Shown: in pieces, positions 28,701 through 40,986 of the stretch | Layout: every line of letters begins with the position of its first letter | How positions within the stretch are numbered: the first letter of the stretch is position 1 | The notes under the pieces: generated by a model | The model's input: only the letters and a program-made list of their open reading frames with translations | What the model was told of the DNA's origin: nothing | Databases searched by the model: none | NCBI RefSeq assembly: GCF_009914755.1 | Contig: NC_060936.1 | Reading direction: 5' to 3' (one strand) | DNA: 64,000 bases | Source: the human T2T-CHM13v2.0 reference genome, Homo sapiens | Program-made: the position numbers and the translations under genes

Positions 28701-31700
28701 CAAAGAACTTACTCAGTATTCTTCTTTCTAGCGTTCTATGAAGAAATCACGTTTCCAACGAAGGCCCCAAAGAGGTCCAAATATCTGCTTGCAGACTTTA
28801 CAGACAGAGTGTTTCCAAACTACTCTATGAAAAGAAAGCTTAAACTTCTTGAGTTGAACGCACACATCCAAAGTAGTTTCTGAGAATGATTCTGTCTAGT
28901 TTTTATACGAAGATGTTTCCTTTTCTACATTTGGTCTCAAAGCGATTGAAATCTCCAACTGGAAACTGCACAAATAGGGTGTTTCAAATCTGCTCTGTCT
29001 AAAGGAAGGTTCAACTCTTTGAGTTGAATACACACACCACAAATAAGTTACTGAGAATTCTTCTGTCGAACATTACTTGAAGAAATCCCGTTTCCAACGA
29101 AGGCCTCAAAGAGGTCCAAATATCGACTTGCAGACATTACAAACAGAGTGTTTCCAAACTGCTCCATCAAAAGAAAGGTTAAACTCTGTGAGCTGAACAC
29201 ACACATCAAAAAGAAGTTTCTGTGAATGATTCTGTCTAGATTTTATAAGAAGATGTTTCCTTTTCTACTGTAGGCCTCAAAGTGCTTGAAATCTCCAGCT
29301 GCAAATTCCACAAAAAGGGTGTTTAACATCTGCTCTTCTAAAGGAAAGTTCAACTCAATGAGTTGAATACACACAGCCCAAAGAAGTTACTGAGACTTCT
29401 CCTATCAAACATCATATGAAGAAATCCCGTTTCCAACGAAGGCCTCAAAGAGGTCCAAATATCTGCTTGCAGACTTTACAAAGACAGTGTCTCCAAACTC
29501 CTCCATCAAAAGAAAGGTTATACTCTGTGAATTGAACGCACACATCACAAAGTAGTTTCTGAGAATGATTCTGTCTAGTTTTTATACGAAGATATTTCCT
29601 TTTCTACATTTGGCCTAAAAGCGCTTGAAGTCTCCACCTGCAAATATCACAAAAAGAGGGTTTCACATCTGCTCTGTCTAAAGGACAGTTCACCTTTGTG
29701 AGTTGAATAGAGGCAACACAAAGAACTTACTCAGTATTCTTCTTTCTAGCGTTCTATGAAGAAATCCCGTTTCCAACGAAGGCCCCAAAGAGGTCCAAAT
29801 ATCTGCTTGCAGACTTTACAGACAGAGTGTTTCCAAACTACTCTATGAAAAGAAAGCTTAAACTCCTTGAGTTGAACGCACACATCACAAAGTAGTTTCT
29901 GAGAATGATTCTGTCTAGTTTTTATACGAAGATGTTTCCTTTTCTACATTTGGTCTCAAAGCGATTGAAATCTCCAACTGGAAACTGCACAAATAGGGTG
30001 TTTCAAATCTGCTCTGTCTAAAGGAAGGTTCAACTCTGTGAGTTGAATACACACACCACAAATAAGTTACTGAGAATTCTTCTGTCGAACATTACTTGAA
30101 GAAATCCCGTTTCCAACGAAGGCCTCAAAGAGGTCCAAATATCCACTTGCAGACATTACGAACAGAGTGTTTCCAAACTGCTCCATCAAAAGAAAGGTTA
30201 AACTCTGTGAGCTGAACACACACATCAAAAAGAAGTTTCTGTGAATGATTCTGTCTAGATTTTATAAGAACATATTTCCTTTTCTACAGTAGGCCACAAA
30301 GCGCTTGAAATCTCCAGCTGCAAATTCCACAAAAAGGGTGTTTAACATCTGCTCTTCTAAAGGAAAGTTCAACTCTATGCGTTGAATACACACAGCACAA
30401 AGAAGTTACTGAGACTTCTCCTATCAAACATTATATGAAGAAATCCCGTTTCCAACGAAGGCCTCAAAGAGGTCCAAATATCCACTTGCAGACATTACAA
30501 ACAGAGTGTTTCCAAACTGTTCCATCAAAAGAAAGATTAAACTCTGTGAGCTGAACACACACATGAAAAAGAAGTTTCTGTGAATGATTCTGTCTAGATT
30601 TTATACGAAGATGTTTCCTTTTCTACCTTTGGTCTCAATGCGATTGAAATCTCCACATGGAAACTCCACAAAAAGTGTGTTTGAAATCTGCTCTTTCTGA
30701 AGGAAGGTTCAACTCTGTGAGTTGAATAAACACACCACAAATAAGTTACTGAGAATTCTTCTGTGTAACATTATATGAGGAAATCCCGTTTCCAACGAAG
30801 GCCTAAAAGAGGTCCAAATATCCACTTGCAGACTTTACAAAGACAGTGTCTCCAAACTCCTCCATCAAAAGAAAGGTTATACTCTGTGAATTGAACGCAC
30901 ACATCACAAAGTAGTTTCTGAGAATGATTCTGTCTGGTTTTTATACGAAGATATTTCCTTTTCTACATTTGGCCTAAAAGCGCTTGAAATCTCCACCTGC
31001 AAATATCACAAAAAGAGGGTTTCACATCTGCTCTGTCTAAAGGACAGTTCACCTCTGTGAGTTGAATAGAGGCAACACAAAGAACTTACTCAGTATTCTT
31101 CTTTCTAGCGTTCTATGAAGAAATCCCGTTTCCAACGAAGGCCCCAAAGAGGTCCAAATATCTGCTTGCACACTTTACAGACAGAGTGTTTCCAAACTAC
31201 TCTGTGAAAAGAAAGCTTAAACTCCTTGAGTTGAACGCACACATCACAAAGTAGTTTCTGAGAATGATTCTGTCCAGTTTTTATACGAAGATGTTTCCTT
31301 TTCTACATTTGGTCTCAAAGCGATTGAAATCTCCAACTGGAAACTGCACAAATACGGTGTTTCAAATCTGCTCTGTCTAAAGGAAGGTTCAACTCTGTGA
31401 GTTGAATACACACACCACAAATAAGTTACTGAGAATTCTTCTGTCGAACATTACTTGAAGAAATCCCGTTTCCAACGAAGGCCTCAAAGAGGTCCAAATA
31501 TTCACTTGCAGATATTACAAACAGAGTGTTTCCAAACTGCTCCATCAAAAGAAAGGTTAAACTCTGTGAGCTGAACACACACATCAAAAACAAGTTTCTG
31601 TGAATGATTCTGTCTAGATTTTATAAGAAGATGTTTCCTTTTCTACCGTAGGACTCAAAGCGCTTGAAATCTCCAGCTGCAAATTCCACAAAAAGGGTGT

Positions 31701-34700
31701 TTAACATCTGCTCTTCTAAAGGAAAGTTCAACTCTATGAGTTGAATACACACAGCACAAAGAAGTTACTGAGACTTCTCCTATCAAACATTATATGAAGA
31801 AATCCCGTTTCCAACGAAGGCCTCAAAGAGGTCCAAATATCTGCTTGCAGACTTTAAAGACAGAGTTTTTCCAAACTGCTCCATCCAAAGAAAGGTTAAA
31901 CTCCATGAGTTGAACACACACATCACAAAGTAGTTTCTGTGAATGATTCTGTCTAGTTTTTATACGAAGATGTTTCCTTTTCTAGCTTTGGTCTCAAAGC
32001 GATTGAAATCTCCACATGGAAACTCCACAAAAAGAGTGTTTCAAATCTGCTGTTTCTGAAGGAAGGTTCAACTCTGTGAGTTGAATACACGCACCACAAA
32101 TAAGTTACTGGGAATTCTTCTGTGTAAAATTATATGAGGAAATCCCGTTTCCAACGAAGGCCTCAAAGAGGTCCAAATATCCACTTGCAGACTTTACAAA
32201 GACAGTGTCTCCAAACTCCTCCATCAAAAGAAAGGTTATACTTTGTGAATTGAACGCACACATCACAAAGTAGTTTCTGAGAACGATTCTGTCTAGTTTT
32301 TATACGAAGATATTTCCTTTTCTACATTTGGCCTAAAAGCGCTTGAAATCTCCACCTGCAAATATCACAAAAAGAGGGTTTCACATCTGCTCTGTCTAAA
32401 GGACAGTTCACCTCTGTGAGTTGAATAGAGGCAACACAAAGAACTTACTGAGTATTCTTCTTTCTAGCGTTCTATGAAGAAATCCCGTTTCCAACGAAGG
32501 CCCCAATGAGGTCCAAATATCTGCTTGCAGACTTTACAGACAGAGTGTTTCCAAACTACTCTATGAAAAGAAAGCTTAAACTCCTTGAGTTGAACGCACA
32601 CATCACAAAGTAGTTTCTGAGAATGATTCTGTCTAGTTTTTATACGAAGATGTTTCCTTTTCTACATTTGGTCTCAAAGCGATTGAAATCTCCAACTGGA
32701 AACTGCACAAATAGGGTGTTTCAAATCTGCTCTGTGTAAAGGAAGGTTCAACTCTGTGAGTTGAATACACACACCACAAATAAGTTACTGAGAATTCTTC
32801 TGTCAAACATTACTTGAAGAAATCCCGTTTCCAACGAAGGCCTCAAAGAGGTCCAAATATCCACTTGCAGACATTACAAACAGAGTGTTTCCAAACTGCT
32901 CCATCAAAAGAAAGGTTAAACTCTGTGAGCTGAACACACACATCAAAAAGAAGTTTCTGTGAATGATTCTGTCTAGATTTTATAAGAAGATGTTTCCTTT
33001 TCTACCGTAGGCCTCAAAGCGCTTGAAATCTCCAGCTGCAAATTCCACAAAAAGGGTGTTTAACATCTGCTCTTCTAAAGGAAAGTTCAACTCTATGCGT
33101 TGAATACACACAGCACAAAGAAGTTACTGAGACTTCTCCTATCAAACATTATATGAAGAAATCCCGTTTCCAACGAAGGCCTCAAAGAGGTCCAAATATC
33201 TGCTTGCAGACTTTACAGACAGAGTGTTTCCAAACTGCTCCATCAAAAGAAAGGTTAAACTCCTTGAGTTGAACACACACATCACAAAGTAGTTTCTGTG
33301 AATGATTCTGTCTAGTTTTTATACGAAGATGTTTCCTTTTCTACCTTTGGTCTCAATGCGATTGAAATCTCCACATGGAAACTCCACAAAAAGAGTGTTT
33401 CAAATCTGCTCTTTCTGAAGGAAGGTTCAACTCTGTGAGTTGAATACACACACCACAAATAAGTTACTGAGAATTCTTCTGTGTAACATTATATGAGGAA
33501 ATCCCGTTTCCAACGAAGGCCTCAAAGAGGTCCAAATATCCACTTGCAGACTTTACAAAGACAGTGTCTCCAAACTCCTCCATCAAAAGAAAGGTTATAC
33601 TCTGTGAATTGAACGCACACATCACAAAGTAGTTTCTGAGAATGATTCTGTCTAGTTTTTATACGAAGATATTTCCTTTTCTACATTTGGCCTAAAAGCG
33701 CTTGAAATCTCCACCTGCAAATATCACAAAAAGAGGGTTTCACATCTGCTCTGTCTAAAGGACAGTTCACCTCTGTGAGTTGAATAGAGGCAACACAAAG
33801 AACTTACTCAGTATTCTTCTTTCTTGCGTTCTATGAAGAAATCCCGTTTCCAACGAAGGCCCCAAAGAGGTCCAAATATCTGCTTGCACACTTTACAGAC
33901 AGAGTGTTTCCAAACTACTCTATGAAAAGAAAGCTTAAACTCCTTGAGTTGAACGCACACATCACAAAGTAGTTTCTGAGAATGATTCTGTCCAGTTTTT
34001 ATACGAAGATGTTTCCTTTTCTACATTTGGTCTCAAAGCGATTGAAATCTCCAACTGGAAACTGCACAAATAGGGTGTTTCAAATCTGCTCTGTCTAAAG
34101 GAAGGTTCAACTCTGTGAGTTGAATACACACACCACAAATAAGTTACTGAGAATTCTTGTGTCGAACATTACTTGAAGAAATCCCGTTTCCAACGAAGGC
34201 CTCAAAGAGGTCCAAATATTCACTTGCAGATATTACAAACAGAGTGTTTCCAAACTGCTCCATCAAAAGAAAGGTTAAACTCTGTGAGCTGAACACACAC
34301 ATCAAAAAGAAGTTTCTGTGAATGTTTCTGTCAAGATTTTATAAGATGTTTCCATTTCTACCGTAGGACTCAAAGCGCTTGAAATCTCCAGCTGCAAATT
34401 CCACAAAAAGGGTGTTTAACATCTGCTCTTCTAAAGGAAAGTTCAACTCTATGAGTTGAATACACACAGCACAAAGAAGTTACTGAGACTTCTCCTATCA
34501 AACATTATATGAAGAAATCCCGTTTCCAACGAAGGCCTCAAAGAGGTCCAAATATCTGCTTGCAGACTTTAAAGACAGAGTTTTTCCAAACTGCTCCATC
34601 AAAAGAAAGGTTAAACTCCTTGAGTTGAACACACACATCACAAAGTAGTTTCTGTGAATGATTCTGTCTAGTTTCTATACGAAGATGTTTCCTTTTCTAC

Positions 34701-35200
34701 GTTTGGTCTCAAAGCGATTGAAATCTCCACATGGAAACTCCACAAAAAGAGTGTTTCAAATCTGCTCTTTCTGAAGGAAGGTTCAACTCTGTGAGTTGAA
34801 TACACACACCGCAAATAAGTTACTGAGAATTCTTCTGTGTAACATTATATGAGGAAATCCCGTTTCCAACGAAGGCCTCAAAGAGGTCCAAATATCCACT
34901 TGCAGACTTTACAAAGACAGTGTCTCCAAACTCCTCCATCAAAAGAAAGGTTATACTCTGTGAATTGAACGCACACATCACAAAGTAGTTTCTGAGAATG
35001 ATTCTGTCTAGTTTTTATACGAAGATATTTCCTTTTCTACATTTGGCCTAAAAGCGCTTTAAATCTCCACCTGCAAATATCACAAAAAGAGGGTTTCACA
35101 TCTGCTCTGTCTAAAGGACAGTTCACCTCTGTGTGTTGAGTAGAGGCAACACAAAGAACTTACTCAGTATTCTTCTTTCTAGCGTTCTATGAAGAAATCA
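7760..35200. repeat. Tandem duplication of a ~13.91-kb (82-monomer) block
   Basis: Rare variants recur at offset 13910-13911: aattagt 8523/22434, ORF 9875/23786, 9-bp deletion ~12347/26258, ctccatg+ctagct+gggaatt cluster ~18.0-18.2k/31.9-32.1k, ctacgtttgg 20791/34701. Ends are approximate. Confidence 0.9.
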
Positions 35201-38200
35201 CGTTTCCAACGAAGGCCCCAATGAGGTCCAAATATCTGCTTGCAGACTTTACAGACAGAGTGTTTCCAAACTACTCTATGAAAAGAAAGCTTAAACTTCT
35301 TGAGTTGAACGCACACATCACAAAGTAGTTTCTGAGAATGATTCTGTCTAGTTTTTATACGAAGATGTTTCTTTTTCTACATTTGGTCTCAAAGCGATTG
35401 AAATCTCCAACTGGAAACTGCACAAATAGGGTGTTTCAAATCTGCTCTGTCTAAAGGAAGGTTCAACTCTTTGAGTTGAATACACACACCACAAATAAGT
35501 TACCGAGAATTCTTCTGTCGAACATTACTTGAAGAAATCCCGTTTCCAACGAAGGCCTCAAAGAGGTCCAAATATCCACTTGCAGACATTACAAACAGAG
35601 TGTTTCCAAACTGCTCCATCAAAAGAAAGGTTAAACTCTGTGAGCTGAACACACACATCAAAAAGAAGTTTCTGTGAATGATTCTGTCTAGATTTTATAA
35701 GAAGATGTTTCCTTTTCTACCGTAGGCCACAAAGTGCTTGAAATCTCCAGCTGCAAATTCCACAAAAAGGGTGTTTAACATCTGCTCTTCTAAAGGAAAG
35801 TTCAACTCAATGAGTTGAATACACACAGCCCAAAGAAGTTACTGAGACTTCTCCTATCAAACATTATATGAAGAAATCCCGTTTCCAACGAAGGCCTCAA
35901 AGAGGTCCAAATATCCACTTGCAGACTTTACAAAGACAGTGTCTCCAAACTCCTCCATCAAAAGAAAGGTTATACTCTGTGAATTGAACGCACACATCAC
36001 AAAGTAGTTTCTGAGAATGATTCTGTCTAGTTTTTATACGAAGATATTTCCTTTTCTACATTTGGCCTAAAAGCGCTTGAAGTCTCCACCTGCAAATATC
36101 ACAAAAAGAGGGTTTCACATCTGCTCTGTCTAAAGGACAGTTCACCTTTGTGAGTTGAATAGAGGCAACACAAAGAACTTACTCAGTATTCTTCTTTCTA
36201 GCGTTCTATGAAGAAATCCCGTTTCCAACGAAGGCCCCAAAGAGGTCCAAATATCTGCTTGCAGACTTTACAGACAGAGTGTTTCCAAACTACTCTATGA
36301 AAAGAAAGGTTAAACTCCTTGAGTTGAACGCACACATCACAAAGTAGATTCTGAGAATGATTCTGTCTAGTTTTTATGCGAAGATGTTTCCTTTTCTACA
36401 TTTGGTCTCAAAGCGATTGAAATCTCCAACTGGAAACTGCACAAATAGGGTGTTTCAAATCTGCTCTGTCTAAAGGAAGGTTCAACTCTGTGAGTTGAAT
36501 ACACACACCACAAATAAGTTACTGAGAATTCTTCTGTCGAACATTACTTGAAGAAATCCCGTTTCCAACGAAGGCCTCAAAGAGGTCCAAATATCCACTT
36601 GCAGACATTACAAACAGAGTGTTTCCAAACTGCTCCATCAAAAGAAAGGTTAAACTCTGTGAGCTGAACACACACATCAAAAAGAAGTTTCTGTGAATGA
36701 TTCTGTCAAGATTTTATAAGATGTTTCCATTTCTACCGTAGGACTCAAAGCGCTTGAAATCTCCAGCTGCAAATTCCACAAAAAGGGTGTTTAACATCTG
36801 CTCTTCTAAAGGAAAGTTCAACTCTATGAGTTGAATACACACAGCACAAAGAAGTTACTGAGACTTCTCCTATCAAACATTATATGAAGAAATCCCGTTT
36901 CCAACGAAGGCCTCAAAGAGGTCCAAATATCTGCTTGCAGACTTTAAAGACAGAGTTTTTCCAACCTGCTCCATCAAAAGAAAGGTTAAACTCCTTGAGT
37001 TGAACACACACATCACAAAGTAGTTTCTGTGAATGATTCTGTCTAGTTTTTATACGAAGATGTTTCCTTTTCTACCTTTGGTCTCAAAGCGATTGAAATC
37101 TCCACATGGAAACTCCACAAAAAGAGTGTTTCAAATCTGCTCTTTCTGAAGGAAGGTTCAACTCTGTGAGTTGAATACACACACCACAAATAAGTTACTG
37201 AGAATTCTTCTGTGTAACATTATATGAGGAAATCCCGTTTCCAACGAAGGCCTCAAAGAGGTCCAAATATCCACTTGCAGACTTTACAAAGACAGTGTCT
37301 CCAAACTCCTCCATCAAAAGAAAGGTTATACTCTGTGAATTGAACGCACACATCACAAAGTAGTTTCTGAGAATGATTCTGTCTAGTTTTTATACGAAGA
37401 TATTTCCTTTTCTACATTTGGCCTAAAAGCGCTTGAAATCTCCACCTGCAAATATCACAAAAAGAGGGTTTCACATCTGCTCTGTCTAAAGGACAGTTCA
37501 CCTCTGTGAGTTGAGTAGAGGCAACACAAAGAACTTACTCAGTATTCTTCTTTCTAGCGTTCTATGAAGAAATCACGTTTCCAACGAAGGCCCCAAAGAG
37601 GTCCAAATATCTGCTTGCAGACTTTACAGACAGAGTGTTTCCAAACTACTCTATGAAAAGAAAGCTTAAACTTCTTGAGTTGAACGCACACATCACAAAG
37701 TAGTTTCTGAGAATGATTCTGTCTAGTTTTTATACGAAGATGTTTCCTTTTCTACATTTGGTCTCAAAGCGATTGAAATCTCCAACTGGAAACTGCACAA
37801 ATAGGGTGTTTCAAATCTGCTCTGTCTAAAGGAAGGTTCAACTCTTTGAGTTGAATACACACACCACAAATAGGTTACTGAGAATTCTTCTGTCGAACAT
37901 TACTTGAAGAAATCCCGTTTCCAACGAAGGCCTCAAAGAGGTCCAAATATCGACTTGCAGACATTACAAACAGAGTGTTTCCAAACTGCTCCATCAAAAG
38001 AAAGATTAAACTCTGTGAGCTGAACACACACATCAAAAAGAAGTTTCTGTGAATGATTCTGTCTAGATTTTATAAGAAGATGTTTCCTTTTCTACCGTAG
38101 GCCTCAAACTGCTTGAAATCTCCAGCTGCAAATTCCACAAAAAGGGTGTTTAACATCTGCTCTTCTAAAGGAAAGTTCAACTCAATGAGTTGAATACACA

Positions 38201-40986
38201 CAGCCCAAAGAAGTTACTGAGATTTCTCCTATCAAACATTATATGAAGAAATCCCGTTTCCAACGAAGGCCTCAAAGAGGTCCAAATATCTGCTTGCAGA
38301 CTTTACAAAGACAGTGTCTCCAAACTCCTCCATCAAAAGAAAGGTTATACTCTGTGAATTGAACGCACACATCACAAAGTAGTTTCTGAGAATGATTCTG
38401 TCTAGTTTTTATACGAAGATATTTCCTTTTCTACATTTGGCCTAAAAGCGCTTGAAGTCTCCACCTGCAAATATCACAAAAAGAGGGTTTCACATCTGCT
38501 CTGTCTAAAGGACAGTTCACCTTTGTGAGTTGAATAGAGGCAACACAAAGAACTTACTCAGTATTCTTCTTTCTAGCGTTCTATGAAGAAATCCCGTTTC
38601 CAACGAAGGCCCCAAAGAGGTCCAAATATCTGCTTGCAGACTTTACAGACACAGTGTTTCCAAACTACTCTATGAAAAGAAAGCTTAAACTCCTTGAGTT
38701 GAACGCACACATCACAAAGTAGTTTCTGAGAATGATTCTGTCTAGTTTTTATACGAAGATGTTTCCTTTTCTACATTTGGTCTCAAAGCGATTGAAATCT
38801 CCAACTGGAAACTGCAGAAATAGGGTGTTTCAAATCTGCTCTGTCTAAAGGAAGGTTCAACTCTGTGAGTTGAATACACACACCACAAATAAGTTACTGA
38901 GAATTCTTCTGTCGAACATTACTTGAAGAAATCCCGTTTCCAACGAAGGCCTCAAAGAGGTCCAAATATCCACTTGCAGACATTACAAACAGAGTGTTTC
39001 CAAACTGCTCCATCAAAAGAAAGGTTAAACTCTGTGAGCTGAACACACACATCAAAAAGAAGTTTCTGTGAATGATTCTGTCTAGATTTTATAAGAAGAT
39101 ATTTCCTTTTCTACCGTAGGCCACAAAGCGCTTGAAATCTCCAGCTGCAAATTCCACAAAAAGGGTGTTTAACATCTGCTCTTCTAAAGGAAAGTTCAAC
39201 TCTATGCGTTGAATACACACAGCACAAAGAAGTTACTGAGACTTCTCCTATCAAACATTATATGAAGAAATCCCGTTTCCAACGAAGGCCTCAAAGAGGT
39301 CCAAATATCTGCTTGCAGACTTTAAAGACAGAGTTTTTCCAAACTGCTCCATCAAAAGAAAGGTTAAACTCCTTGAGTTGAACACACACATCACAAAGTA
39401 GTTTCTGTGAATGATTCTGTCTAGTTTTTATACGAAGATGTTTCCTTTTCTACCTTTGGTCTCAAAGCGATTGAAATCTCCACATGGAAACTCCACAAAA
39501 AGAGTGTTTCAAATCTGCTCTTTCTGAAGGAAGGTTCAACTCTGTGAGTTGAATACACACACCACAAATAAGTTACTGAGAATTCTTCTGTGTAACATTA
39601 TATGAGGAAATCCCGTTTCCAACGAAGGCCTCAAAGAGGTCCAAATATCCACTTGCAGACTTTACAAAGACAGTGTCTCCAAACTCCTCCATCAAAAGAA
39701 AGGTTATACTCTGTGAATTGAACGCACACATCACAAAGTAGTTTCTGAGAATGATTCTGTCTAGTTTTTATACGAAGATATTTCCTTTTCTACATTTGGC
39801 CTAAAAGCGCTTGAAATCTCCACCTGCAAATATCACAAAAAGAGGGTTTCACATCTGCTCTGTCTAAAGGACAGTTCACCTCTGTGAGTTGAGTAGAGGC
39901 AACACAAAGAACTTACTCAGTATTCTTCTTTCTAGCGTTCTATGAAGAAATCACGTTTCCAACGAAGGCCCCAATGAGGTCCAAATATCTGCTTGCAGAC
40001 TTTACAGACAGAGTGTTTCCAAACTACTCTATGAAAAGAAAGCTTAAACTTCTTGAGTTGAACGCACACATCACAAAGTAGTTTCTGAGAATGATTCTGT
40101 CTAGTTTTTATACGAAGATGTTTCCTTTTCTACATTTGGTCTCAAAGCGATTGAAATCTCCAACTGGAAACTGCACAAATAGGGTGTTTCAAATCTGCTC
40201 TGTCTAAAGGAAGGTTCAACTCTTTGAGTTGAATACACACACCACAAATAAGTTACTGAGAATTCTTCTGTCGAACATTACTTGAAGAAATCCCGTTTCC
40301 AACGAAGGCCTCAAAGAGGTCCAAATATCCACTTGCAGACATTACAAACAGAGTGTTTCCAAACTGCTCCATCAAAAGAAAGGTTAAACTCTGTGAGCTG
40401 AACACACACATCAAAAAGAAGTTTCTGTGAATGATTCTGTCTAGATTTTATAAGAAGATGTTTCCTTTTCTACCGTAGGCCTCAAAGCGCTTGAAATCTC
40501 CAGCTGCAAATTCCACAAAAATGGTGTTTAACATCTGCCCTTCTAAAGGAAAGTTCAACTCTACGAGTTGAATACACACAGCACAAAGAAGTTACTGAGA
40601 CTTCTCCTATCAAACATTATATGAAGAAATCCCGTTTCCAACGAAGGCCTCAAAGAGGTCCAAATATCTGCTTGCAGACTTTACAGACAGAGTGTTTCCA
40701 AACTGCTCCATCAAAAGAAAGGTTAAACTCCTTGAGTTGAACACACACATCACAAAGTAGTTTCTGTGAATGATTCTGTCTAGTTTTTATACGAAGATGT
40801 TTCCTTTTCTACCTTTGGTCTCAAAGCGATTGAAATCTCCACATGGAAACTCCACAAAAAGAGTGTTTCAAATCTGCTCTTTCTGAAGGAAGGTTCAACT
40901 CTGTGAGTTGAATACACACACCACAAATAAGTTACTGAGAATTCTTCTGTGTAACATTATATGAGGAAATCCCGTTTCCAACGAAG

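Larger units (their letters stand above)
1..40300 (-). repeat. Left sub-array domain: mixed 8-mer, 6-mer and hybrid HORs with nested super-periods
   Basis: The 6-mer, the hybrid dimer, the 3-bp deletion in B (tgtcaagattttataagatg), the tcacg box allele, gttgagtagagg and ctctttgag are all confined to this interval. Confidence 0.88.
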
